Shown piece after piece: positions 24,441 through 37,036 of a stretch of 64,000 bases of DNA. A program made the translations under genes and the position numbers. Source of the DNA: Marsupella aquatica. Lineage: Eukaryota; Plantae; Marchantiophyta. How positions within the stretch are numbered: position 1 is the stretch's first letter; every line of letters starts with the position of its first letter. The stretch is from assembly GCA_973895155.1 (NCBI GenBank), contig OZ316893.1, forward strand, positions 19,224,857 to 19,288,856. Reading direction: 5' to 3'. The notes beneath the pieces are model-generated. The model saw only the letters and a program-made list of their open reading frames with translations. It searched no databases and was not told the origin of the DNA.

Positions 24441-27400
24441 TTGCATCCCAACATCTTCGGAGTTGTAGCAGCAGGCTCCAATCAGCAGACGGATATTAAC
24501 TCGCACCAACTCCCCAACGGACACATCGACGAGCGCTTCAACTTTGTTCCCTACTGTGCTTGCATCTGCTCAATAGTTTCCTAGGCTAGCGGTGGCACCG
24601 TTTCTCAGACTGATGCGGTGGGCTCTCTCCATAGCCTCCCCTTTCTTTTCACATGCCTCGGTTGGGCTTTTTGTCGCTTCTTGATGCGCTTTTGCTTTTA
24701 TCGGGTTGGGGCCTGTCATGTCTACGCTGAGAGTATTGGCGTGGGGCAAGCGCCCAGCCCCACCACACACTTCTCCCCCTCCTCTCTCCCCCTCGTGGTC
24801 GCTTTTGTATTTGCCATTCTTCACTGGATCTCTCTCATCTTCGTGATGACCCCATGCCCGATGCTTTGCCAGTCCCCCCAGCCTTTTGCCCACCCCATCG
24901 TCGCCCTGGCTCCTCTGTCCACCCCATTCCCCCTCCACTCCTCCAGCATCCTCCTTTGGCCTCTTCGTCCATGTCTATTCCACCCCCACCTCCCATCCAA
25001 TCTTTCCCTGCTCCCCTTGACGAGCATCCCCTGCATACTTGTCCTGATTGTGGATGGGTTGGCCTCTCCCTCCCTCATCATCGCAGGCGGGGCAGGTGCC
25101 AACATCGCCAATAAGCACAATCCCAGCCTCCGCCCCCTCTTGACCCTGTTAGCTCTGCCCCTCCCTCCTTGGAGACTCCCGAGCAGGCATGGAGTTGGGT
25201 TCGCACTCTAGACCCCCTTCCAGCCTACCATCCCGGGTACATTAGACCTTGCCTTTATAACCACATCCCACTAGCGCTCCGCCCATTAGTTTGGTCCTCC
25301 TTGTTGCAACTCATGCAACTTATCTTGGCGCATCCTATAGAGGTCTCCTATTGGCCTTTACTCATGCATTTTCCACAAGTGGACTCTTATCCTCCCTAGT
25401 CATGGTGTTCGTGTGGGTCATCGTGAGACTGCCTCTTGTATCCATCGTTTTCTGCGGAGAGATTGGGAGCAGCTTCAGGAAGAGTACTTTCTTCGAGCCC
25501 GTTCCTTTACCGCCCGTGCTTTTGTCTAACCCAGCTTGCCACTCTCATCCTCCTGGGCATAGACGTCTTTGTCACTCTTGTCGTTTAGCCCAGGCTGGTG
25601 AATATCGTCGGGCTATCCAGACCCTTTCTCCCACCACACCAGCCCCCCCTGGCGAGGTCACCTTGACGGCCCTTCAGGATCTCCATCCGCAGCCCTATGA
25701 TCAGCTCCCATTGTTCGTGGAGGATTTTGAGCCTGGGGAGGATCTTCAGTTTAGTAGGGACCACTTCACCTATGCCTTCCTCCATGCCCCGCGTTGGGCG
25801 GCTGGTGGCCCCTTTGGCTACGTCTTGTGAGCATTTTTGTGATTTATTCCCCCCTGAGGATCCTCAATTTGGTTTTCCAATTTTCTTCTCCTTTTGCCAA
25901 TGTATTGCAGCCGGCTGTTTGCCTCCTCTTGTCTCTCGGCTCTTGAGTGCTTCTTGTTTATTAGCCATGGCTAGGTCTTCACCGGGTGTTTGGCCAATAG
26001 CTATTGGAGAGGTTTTTCTTCGTCTTGTGTCTAGCACACTTTCATTGCAGTACCGCTCTGCACTATCGGATCATCTCTCTTCACATCAGTTTGCAGTGGG
26101 CGTTCCTGGAGGTTGTGAGATAGTTATTGCGGGTATTTGCGCTACCTTGGACCTCCACCCTGATTGGGTTGTCCTCCAGGTTGATGTCTCTAACGCTTTC
26201 AATACGGTTTTTCGGGCAACAATTTTTTGGGCTTTGAGAGCGGCGGATCCAGACATCCAGTCTCTTATCCCTTTTGTTCATTGTTTTTATGGACTCGAGG
26301 GCCCCCCTCTTCTATAGTCATCACACCTCTACTGGAGCATATACCACTCTTTCTTCTACAGAAGGTACATGTCAGGGTGACCCTTTGGGTGGGCCTCGTT
26401 TTGCCATTGCCCATTTGACAGCTTTACGGGAAGCCTCCGCGACCCACCTCCAGTGTATCTTCCCCTCCCTTTCAGACGACACACGATGGGCCTCGGTTTA
26501 CGGGTTTAGCCAATGAAGAGTCGTGCATGGAGTCCAGTTGGGTTACCTTATGATCTTGCGCTTCCCCCTGGGTTCTTACGTCCAGCCGATGGTCTGTGGG
26601 TCCTTGGCTCCCCAATCGGTACCATCTCTTTTTGCTCATCTTTCATCGCTGACGCTCTACAAGTTGCCTTAGCCCCTACTCCTATGCTCCCTAAGTTAGT
26701 AGATTCTCAGGCAGCATTTGGGATGTTGTTGAGATGCATCCACCCTCGCGCGTCTAATTTGGCTAGGACGCATCCCCCTACCATTCGTGAGACTTTGGAG
26801 CGTTTGATGTCTCCATTCGTGAGACTTTGGCCTATCTTTAAGGGGCAGGTATGTTTCTCTCATCTTTGTGGCTTCATTGGCAGCTCAGTCTTCCTATTTC
26901 TCAGGGTGGGTTTGGGTTTACTTCCATTGAGCATCTTGCACCTTTGGCCTTTTTGGGCGCATGGGTCGTCGCCTTCTCATTGTTGGCTGATCGTTTCCTT
27001 ACTGAGGATCGACTGTTTTTACTATCGTCTCTCATGGAGGTAGAGGAGGGTTCCCTCCCATTTCAGGTTCATTTGTGCACGGCGCGGTCATCATTACAAG
27101 ATTGTGTCCGCGCTGCATTATTTTTATTTCAGGAGTTTTTATCCTTGGACCCCGTCCGTCTTCAGGCAGACCTTGTTGGGCGTATGCACGCTTTCACCCT
27201 CTCCAGCATCCTCTCCGAGGCACCTGACATGGACCAAGCTTGGATTCTTTCTTCCGGAGGGAAGGGTGCAGGAGGATGGCTTCAGGCCAATCCAATCATT
27301 CCTCATCTGCGGATGTCTTCAGCAAAGTTCTTGACAGCCATGCGTCTTTGTATGGGGCTGCCCCACCCACTTCTTGTTGGTTTACCTCCTTCTTGTACTT

Positions 27401-27457
27401 GTGGGAAGCCTTGTGATGCCACAGGTGTCCATCTTCTTTGGTGCAGTTTGGGAGGTG

Positions 27458-27802
27458 TGTTAGGTATTGCTCTTAGTTTTGTGACTCATGAGCCAACCAC
27501 AGTTAGGCTAAATCGGGTTAGGACTTAGCTAAGGTTAGCGGTAGTGTTGTTGTGTATATTGCCAGGGCTGGTGTCAACCCCTGGTGGAACTTAGGCTCAT
27601 TGTTATGGATCTAGTTGAGAGATAGGGAGAGCTTGTGCTGTGGATGCTTGGTATGGCCGTTTGGCCTAGAGTGCAATAAAGCTCTTGTGTGTTCCCGTGG
27701 ATGGAGCCTCATGTGGAGGTGAACCATGTATCTCTCTATGTTGACTATTGTACGTTGGATGGTTCATGGGCTTGCAGTTGCGAATGTCATCTATGCTCTA
27801 CA
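27458..27802. mobile_element. Solo LTR (345 bp) inserted into the CRE-like element
   Basis: Starts TGT, ends ACA, flanked by the 5-bp TSD aggtg (27453-27457 and 27803-27807). Internal aataaa at ~27675. Excision restores the reading CSLGG-ETIIFHNAVRD. Confidence 0.88.
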
Positions 27803-28168
27803 AGGTGAAACCATTATTTTTCACAACGCTGTGAGAGATGCGACTACTCAGGTTCTCTTTGGCTCTTTGGTTTGCGTGCGGCGGGAGGTGGTGCTCGAGT
27901 TACCTGGTCCTCCATCACAACGGTTACGGGTGGATCTTACTATGGTCCGTGAGGGTCAACGTACTTTGGCAGATGTAGTGGTGGCAAACCCATTGCGCCA
28001 AGACATCATCGGGACAACGACAACAACGGCAGGGGCAGCAACAACGAAGGAGGCCAAATATGCTGCACGAGCTTCATCTGATAGCTTCCTCCCCCTTGCT
28101 CTTGAGATATTCGGGCATCTTCATCATCAGTTTGATGGGCTTCTTCGTCAAGCTGCCCGGGATGTTCA

Positions 28169-28371
28169 CCCTGGGCCCTTAGTCTTAACTAATACGCGGA
28201 GGACATGTGAACGCTCGAAGGGTAATTTTTATTCATTTTGAACTAATAATTATAATTATTACCGGTAATAAGGGAACTTTTAATAGTAAAATGAAAATAA
28301 CAAGGGGTAAACAGGAAAAAGGCCCGATCGCAGGGGGGTCCACTTCTTTTACACGGAGTGAGGGCCCAGGG
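28169..28371. mobile_element. Non-autonomous TIR element (MITE, 203 bp) nested in the CRE-like element
   Basis: Perfect 11-bp TIR ccctgggccct...agggcccaggg. TSD gatgttca at 28161-28168 and 28372-28379 (ggatgttca if read as 9 bp). AT-rich interior. Confidence 0.88.
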
Positions 28372-30345
28372 GATGTTCATGGTCGGATGGGTCCCACCGG
28401 ACCCCCGCTATCAATTTGACCATGCACTTTTGCCAACGCATTTCAGTCACCTTACAGCGTGCTCAAGCTCGGGCCATCTATCGTCGATCTCTTACAGTGG
28501 GTGCTAGTGTGCCCCTGCAGTGGCTAGCTCCCCTAGAGGACGTTCCAGTCCCACTTGTTGATTTAGTTTCGACACTTGATGTGGACCATTAGCTTTTTGC
28601 CACATTTGCTAGGAATGATGAGGACCTCGGTCCATTTGGGTTTGTTTTAGTTACTCTTTCTTGGTTTTTAGGGGTTCCCTATTGCTCACTTCTTAGTTTT
28701 AGTTCTTCTTTCTTGGTTTTTAGGGGTTCCCTATAGCTCACTTCTTTTGGTTCGGCTTTGTCCACTTGGGCCCTCTTTTGTTTGTTCTTTTGTACTCGGT
28801 TTGGTCCTTTTCTGTAAAAAGATTGTATATTCTCCTTGAAATTCTAGAGGTGGTCCAAACATTTCCAAATTATGGCTTCTTCAGTGAAGGGTTTTGTAGT
28901 TAGTGAACTTTGTTCAAAAGATTTTTTGTCCGAAGCCTATCTTTCAAGTTTGCTTTGGTGAAGAAAAGTCAAAAGTGGCCCCACTTCATGTAAGACCACC
29001 CTAACACATATATGTTCTCATGTAAAGGGACTCTATGGTCCGCACAAGCAAAACTTGGGCCCCACTCCATTGCATGTAGGATGGCAACAACTTATAAAGA
29101 AATGGCCCCCAAGGTTCTGTAAAGTGAAGTGCAACAATATGTCACTGATAAATAGCAAACATAAGCTACTTTCAAAGGCTAGGGTACAGAGTGAAGCCTC
29201 TAGAAAGTAACTCCATATAAAGACAAAGTTGGACTCAAAAATAAGGAAAAGAATTGGACTCAAATAAGGACAAAGTGAGGGAGACCAAAAATGGGAAACG
29301 GACAAATATAAACCGGAGATAGCATAGAATTTGGTTTTTTGCAATTAGTTTTGGTCTTCATTTCTATTTTAGTTGAAGGAGCTAGTGTACCAAATGGATG
29401 AACTCATCACATCATGGAGACCAGAAATAAGAGTAAACTGCTCCCACATCTTGTAAAGCCACCTCAATCAACCCCTGTCAATAATCACACATCAAAATGT
29501 GGTAATATAAGGTGTACACTCATTAACTTAAAAAAATAATGAGATTTATCATGGTAAGCATAGATGTCATATTTTGATGTGGAGTTACCAAACCCAATTT
29601 AACTCTAGGTAAAGAGACCATTCTGACATGACTATATTAATTGTGACTATAGATTAGGTGGCATCCAAATCCTACTGGGTTTTAGTCAGCTACAGATCAC
29701 TTTGACTCCTTACGTGTCATTCCCTGCTGAAGTGCTGGCTGCTGTCCAGTTCCGTGGTTTCGTAGGTTACAGTGTAGACGATTGGTACTGTACGATACCA
29801 TACGGTACATTGTTGGCTCAATAAAGAAGGAGTGGTTGAACTCCACCCAATTCACGAGAGTTCAACTCGAGCAAAATCGCTAGAGCTGGATGAGAAGGAT
29901 GGTAAAGCTTGCGTAGGACTGATGACGACTTAGAAATCCGATTGGCTGCTTAAATTACAGCGGAAGAAGCCGAATGCCGCATTTTCTCATTCCGTATCGA
30001 GAGAGTGCTCACTTCCTACGAGTGGGTCGTTGTTTGAAGTCATTCAATCGAAGTCTAGCAATAAAAAATCGGATTCAGTCCATCGGTTACGGATGTTTGT
30101 TAAAAGGATGAAATCTGTACTGCAGCATCTGTTGCTAATTACTTCGAAGGCATTGCAGTAGCTCGAGGTTTGAGTTTGCCAATGACTTGATAATGTAGAG
30201 AAGCATAATTGAATTGAAGAGGAGCTGGGCGAGTGACAGAGTGTCTAGCATCGAAATTCAGAGCTGGCTGGCAAGTGAGCATTGGTAGAATTGGCGTCGA
30301 GGTCTGCTGTGTTACTGCGTTCCGAGTTGAGAGGTTATCAACGGG

Positions 30346-33300
30346 ATGGGGAGGTCAGTGGCTGCCATCCGGCGACTCCAATTTTTGCAACAGTGGGCAA
30401 ATTCTCGAGGCTTGGCCGTGAAATTCCCTTCAGGCCTCACACTGTCCGATCATCTTGATAACCCAGTTGAAAATCACGGATTGAGGCGGAATTCGAGCTG
30501 GAAAAGAAATTGCAACGTGCCGACTAGCACAATTTGTAGGGTTGGAGGGCACCTAGAAGGCGCTCGACGCTTCTCTGTGACGTCCGTGAGAGATTTTCCA
30601 CGGTCGCCGGATGCCGCCGACTGGTCATCCCAAGTGCTCCCCAAACTTCCGATTAAGAAGCTGTTGATAGCAAATAGAGGAGAAATTGCTTGCCGAGTGA
30701 TTCGGACTGCACGACGACTGGGAATTAAATCCGTTGCTGTTTTCAGCGACGCTGACAAGAATGCAAAGCACGTCCAACTCGCCGATGAAGCTGTGCACAT
30801 TGGTCCTGCTCCTGCGACACAGAGCTATTTGTCTGGGCCGGCCATACTCTCTGCTGCTCTTGCGACTAACACCCATGTACATTGTGCCCGGCCCCTGCTA
30901 TTTTGCCTCATTTGTTTCAAAAACCAACTAAAGAAAGTGTAATTAGCTTCTGTCTGAATTATTTTCTTCCTGGGGTTTGTCCATTGGACTTTCTTCGTTC
31001 TGACGCTTGGCATGGATCAAAGATGATCCATCCTGGCCACGGATTCTTGTCTGGGAAGCTTTAACGTATTTCAAGCTGAATTTATTCATTTCCAATTTTT
31101 GCTTCCTTGCTTTGTTCTTCGGAATTCTCTGCATTCTGACTCTTACCATTGGTGCCATAAATTAAAGGCAATCCACCCCGGCTATGGATTCTTGTCAGAA
31201 AATGTTCAATTTTCTGAGCTCTGCAAGAAAGCGGGTATCAGTTTTCTGGGGCCCCCATCTTCTGCCATTCATGCAATGGGCGACAAAAGGTCACAAATTC
31301 TCCTGCTTGCACTCAAAAAGTAATTTCAATTTATAAAACACAAGAAGTACAGAAAACAACATTAGCACCGTGGCTGCGCGTTAATGATGAGAGGGTAATG
31401 ATGACATGCGCTAGAGTTTAATTTTGTGGTTTCCTGTACATTTTCGCCAATTTGAAGGATTCCATGCCTAGGCTTTCGGGCACTCGTCTCGATGCAATAC
31501 CAGTCTATTCTTGACCCTGCTATCTGTGTGACAGTGTGGCAAAGAAACTCATGAGTGGAGCAGGTGTCCCAGTTGTACCTGGATACCATGGTGATGATCA
31601 GACTTCTGAACTTCTGAGAGATGAGGCCAACAGGATTGGCTATCCAGTACTCATTAAGGCTACTCAAGGTGGAGGTGGAAAGGTATTAAATATCTGAAAT
31701 TCTTCGCATCATGTTGCAGTCGGGTTTATTCACAAATGTTAAGTCCTCTTTCATGGTTCAGTGTGTCTTCTGGTACATTCGTAACAATTGTCTGCTGCCA
31801 AGTCACATTGTTGTTGCTGCGCTGGTTGGGCGCAGGGTATGAGAATAGTACAGAACGAGAGTGAATTTTCTGAATGTTTGAACAGTGCCCAACGCGAAGC
31901 CTTGGCTGGCTTTGGTAATAGTCAAGTTCTGATAGAAAAATATCTCACCAAACCACGACATATTGAAGTACAGGTATTCTACAATTGTTGTGCTATTCCA
32001 CATCTACTTGATTTCAAGATGCAAGCTGACGTTTTCTATTCACGAAAAATACCTACTTTTGAGCCGATGCCACATCTAACGTTTGTCATTCAGTTATTGT
32101 CCATGCGTGTTGATCTCATGCATAGAGAACAGTGATCAATTCCTTCAATACTACAGATATTTGGAGACAAGCATGGAAATATTGTGCACCTGTTTGAGCG
32201 AGATTGCAGCGTTCAAAGGAGGCATCAGAAGGTCATCGAAGAGGCTCCTGCGGTAAAATCTCATATCACAATGTTTTGTGATATTAACAAAGGCAAAACT
32301 GAGACTGTCCTATCTGAAGATTTGTTTGACTTTACAGTAAAGATGAAGAGGACACAATGATTGCTGATGATCACGTGAGAGATCAGGACAGGCGTCAATA
32401 ATTCTTGTAGTCAGTTGTCACTAGGAGATGTTCTGTCAAGTTTCTAAGATTTGTCAGTGTTTGTTAGGATGCATTTGCAGCCGTGGTTTACCTGAACCTT
32501 AGTTTGTTAACATCGGAGATTCCGCTTTTCACTTTCTCTCTAGAAACAAACATGTTAGAACTTTGCAAGGGATCAGATAGTGACAGGTCTTTATGACGGT
32601 GAAAGTTCTTCGAAGCGTTATTGCACTCTGATTCTCGGCCATGAAAGTCCAATTTCTCTGTGTATCTCCAGCCAGGCTTGACAGAAGAATTCCGCAAGGA
32701 GATTGGTCTTGCCGCAGTCAATGCAGCTAAGGTATTGGTTCTCAAAAACTTTTCGTTGCTGTGAGTGATCTGGTATTCCGTTCAATTGGTTTTTCTGATA
32801 TAGTGACAAGAATTTTTGAGGCCCAGTTAAGCAGAGGGAAAGCAGAATCAGTTGTAGCAATTCGAATGAGAATTTTAGTACGTGAAGCTGCATACTTCTG
32901 TCAAGTGATTATTCCTTGGTAAATGTGTTGAAGGCAGTGGGCTATGAGAGCGCCGGCACTGTCGAGTTCATCTTTGACACTACGTCAGGAAAGTTTTACT
33001 TCATGGAAATGAACACTCGCCTTCAGGTACGAGTCTGTTCATTTACCTTACGCAATCTTCGCATATAGGGTCTCCTTATATGGAAGGGTGTTTCCACTCG
33101 CTTTACAGGGCTTGTTTGCCGTGGACTGCCAAATTGCCGAACTGGTTCACAAGCTCTGGTGTTGCATATTTTACGTTACTCGATCCATTTGTGTTCGTGG
33201 AACATATGCCTCTTTTTACAGGTTGAACATCCTATAACTGAGATGATTACTGGCCAAGATCTGGTTGAATGGCAAATACGGATCGCCAATGGAGAGCGTC

Positions 33301-36144
33301 TTCCTTTGCTACAAGATGAACTCAAAATATCTGGTGAGAGAATTAACTCTACAGACCTCTGCTGCATGTAGTTTGTACAAGGTTGTAATTGGCGCCGTTG
33401 TTCTGCTGAAAAGTATGGGAATTTGCTACCTCAATTATTTAATTTTGGGGTTGCTTTGAAACCACTGAGAGTGTAGTCGTTGCATTCGACTGCTGACAAT
33501 TATGCATATATTGTACCTCAGGGCATTCCTTTGAGGCTCGCATATATGCCGAAAATGTGCCACGAGGTTTTCTTCCGGCTTCAGGGACTCTACGTCACTA
33601 TAGTCCTCCGACGGTTTCTCGAACAGGTTCTTATAGATCTACTCCGGATTACAACAAGCACATCCTTCCAAGGCAGTTGAATTACTTGACAAGTTTAGAT
33701 CTTAGCATTTGTCAGATGGATACTCTCTCAGATTCACTGTCTAGCGGTCTGCTTTGTTTTTGCTTCAAGTCTGTTAGCATCCCTGTTGTCTTGTAGTCTT
33801 GACTTGACATTGAGGCTTACTCCGTTTCTCCACACGACTGATTGATAAGGAACTTGATTACCAGTCACTTACTGATGACAATCCTTGGGATCTTTGATTC
33901 AGTAAGGGTTGAGACGGGTGTTGGCGAAGGAGACACTGTTAGTGTCTACTATGATCCAATGATTGCCAAGCTGGTAACATGGGGTTATGATCGTTCTGCG
34001 GCTTTGACGCTGCTCGATAATTGCTTATCGAAGTTTCAGGTATCTTCATTGTCCTCTTCATAACAATTACCTCGTTCTTCTTCCTAGACAATTTGCGTCA
34101 ATCTTGAAAACTCTATGCATCCTGCTACTGTACACGTATAGTGCAGAATTCCAGGCTTCTATCTCAAGGCCATTTAGCTAACACTCCGGGGATACCAACT
34201 GCTGAAGGTTGGAGGACTTCCTACCAATATTGCTTTTCTGAGGACCCTCGCCAAACATCCTGCATTTATGGCTGGAGAAGTCGGAACGGATTTTATTGAA
34301 AAGCACAGACAAGAACTTCTTCCCCCAAGTGGGAGTGAATCAAAGGGATCAATAAATCTGACCTCTCAAGATATTGCCGCCCTGAGAAAAGCTGCTGCTG
34401 TTGCCGCTGTTGGGCTGCGTCTGATGAAAAACTCGAGTCCCAAGGGAAATCCTGGTACGAGAACTTCATATTTTTTTGGTGAGCTTTTTATATCCTGCAA
34501 CGTTTTTGACACGTTTGAGTACTGTGTGAGTATTCGTTCTTTGATGTTGTTATACTTGCAGGGGTTGAGTCCACTTGGAGTGCTCCCACAGGCTTCCGAC
34601 TGAACCATTCTTACTCCTATCCCATTCAATTGGAATGGAAGTCAGATATATTGGATGATGTTTGCATCCCGATCAATCTTGCTGTTACACATAATAAGGA
34701 TTCGACGTTCAAAGTGAAGGTACAGGGAACTCTTCACCGAGTCATGCGTAACTTTCATGTACGCATTTGCACTGTCTAGATCTTTGGATTGACATTACGA
34801 GATGAAACTATAGAGGATCCACAGCACACATGCAAGTATGAGCCTTATTGTTTGTGCGTTTCCATTATGCATATATTGAGGATGCACGATTTTATCTCAG
34901 GAGGATCTTGGTCTGCAGGTAGACGCTGAAAATCCGTTGGAGGTGATTATAAAGCAGCAGAACCTAGGCAATGGGGATGGAAGCCTGCGCCTTAACGTGG
35001 ATGGTATTTCTGCCACTGTGACTCTTGCACAGTATTTCCAGGTAACCGTCTCGGCAGTGTGAGATAACGGTATCTCTCCAGCGCGATATTTCATGAATGG
35101 CCTGTCCTTCATATCTTCTCCGGCACAATGCTGTTTAGGATCACTGTGCTACCTTCGCATTCACTGAATGCTTTACATTTCTAAAACAGGGTGAAGTTGC
35201 GAACTTGCATCTTTGGCAAGGAGACCAGCATTACCATTACAGTATACCTTGGCAGTCATTTGACAGCGACGAATCAAAAGAGGAGCTGACTTCAGATAAA
35301 GCTTCCGGGAAAAGAAGCAGCTCCAAAAGTCCTGGTGCTGTTACTGCTCCCATGGCAGGTCGCGTGGTGAAGATTTTTGTAGAAAATGGAGCTTATGTCA
35401 AGAGAGGAGACTCGCTATTGGTGTTAGAAGCCATGAAGATGGAGGTGAGATCTTCCCGTCCATTTGCTGGGCAACAACATTTCTGCTTTTGGATCTGCCA
35501 GGGTACACAGAAAATTACTCTGATGAACAAGCCACTTTCTGCCAGTGGAGTTAGGTCGAGGTTAGCAGTTGTCTAGTACATCATCTGAAGTCTTTTGGTA
35601 TTTGCTGTAGTTCAGTAATTAACAAGTAGCCAGCTATCTTTTAACGGAATCTAAAACATAATTTCTTTTGACAATGGACCTTACAGCATGTAGTAAAGGC
35701 TTCTGTGGACGGGGTCATCGAAAAGGCCAATGTGGTTATGGGCCAACAAGTCAGCGATAGCACAGTTCTCCTTCAAATTAAGGTGATGTTATCGTGTTGG
35801 ACTGAAGTTGGATTGCACGCAGGTTTTATTTTTGCTTGTAATCGACAACGTGCTTAAGCATTGTACTTCATAGAAGCTGAAAAGCCTCACTGTCTTTCGA
35901 GTGGTCACAAATGTCAATCATTACAAGTATTCCACAAGGAAGAAGCTTGATAGATCAGAAAATTGCAAAAGCAAAAGTCCTAAGGGTCAATGCTAGAGAA
36001 TGGTGATGGGAGATGGAGACCCCTAGGTTGAACTTGATTAACTAGTTTCTACCAGCTTTGATTAAATATCTGTACTGGGATATTTTCATTGATTACTAAT
36101 GTGCGTCTCATAATCGGAAGATGCTGTTGCAGGTACCCGCATAG
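30346..36144 (+). CDS. MCCA: Methylcrotonoyl-CoA carboxylase alpha (biotin-containing) subunit, mitochondrial, multi-exon
   Basis: Biotin carboxylase motifs [99 protein letters not shown] and YDPMIAKL. C-terminal biotinyl domain APMAGRVVK...EAMKME. The probable last mini-exon cag|GTACCCGCATAG ends at 36144; this 3' end is less certain. Confidence 0.93.
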
Positions 36145-37036
36145 AATGTTTCTCAGTCCAGGGATGCCTGAATGAAGCAATTTAATCCCTTAAGCAGCAA
36201 TGAGAGTTTTGGAGATGGCATGTCGCTCATTCTCAATGAGTACTGTGAAGGAAGGAGGCAGCCAATATGCGTTTGAGAGATGAAGTGAGACTTGACTCTC
36301 AACATTATAAGGTTTGTACATAGTGTTAGAATAACGTGCTGATGCATTCAAAGAGCTCGGCCTTGTAGAAAATTACAAAACCCTTGTATATAATTGCTTA
36401 TTATTATGACAGTCAGGAGTTAGTGCATAGAAAGGAACAGATTGAGGTAAAGGAACGGGTTCTCTACATTCTCTATGTTAACTGTGAAGCAGAAATGCTT
36501 GAAAGGTTTGCCACTGTTCTCTGTCGTTGCACTGATCTCATATCATATTCGAAGGGAAAATCTGGCGGGAGGGGGCAGTGCGGTTTGTTCTCTAGCCGAG
36601 GAGACATATCGCACGGCGTCTTCAGTGGCTCGTGATCTATGAAATCCATAGTCTACTTTTTAATCACAAGCTTTTGGCTCGAATGTCGCGAATCTGTCTT
36701 CGTTCGTACGCCCCTAACCATTCCTGGGAAGTTGCTTCACTTAGCTTCCTCTCATCACATTATCCCTAGGTTGCCTTCGCTGGGGTTACTCATCAGGAGC
36801 CCTGCAAACAATGGGCAGCAGGATGGAGACAATAAATGGGAGAGGATGCTCGGTCTTTCCCTTCCTCCCATATATACGGAATTGTCAAGCAACCATACGT
36901 GGAAACTTCCTAACTTTGGGTTTGTGGTGTCGTATACTTAAATTCTAAATCAAGCGTCGAGTCAATCTCTTTACAAATGATATAGTACAAAACTGCGAGA
37001 CATGGGTGTTCTGCTCACATGCACCACCTCAATCAC

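Larger units (their letters stand above)
24560..28820 (+). mobile_element. Degenerate CRE-like non-LTR retrotransposon (RT plus C-terminal restriction-like endonuclease); boundaries approximate
   Basis: Frameshifted ORF pieces in order: HTCPDCG..HH...C Zn-finger-like (~25035); LAQAGEYRRA..TLTALQDLHP..AAGGPFG..EHF; GVWPIAIGEVFLRL; QFAVGVPGGCE; QVDVSNAFNTV; GTCQGDPLGG; SLSDDT; GLWVLGSPIG; LPISQGGFG; CTCG...GVHLLWC; HNAVRD; RLRVDL...LADVVVANP; KYA...FLPLALEIFG; FCQRISVTLQRAQARAI. No APE domain is seen. Confidence 0.88.

Noticed and set aside
1-36144. CAC3 and MCCA as a biotin-carboxylase gene cluster
   Set aside because: They are 30 kb apart, act in different organelles and pathways, and are separated by unrelated genes and TEs; likely coincidence.
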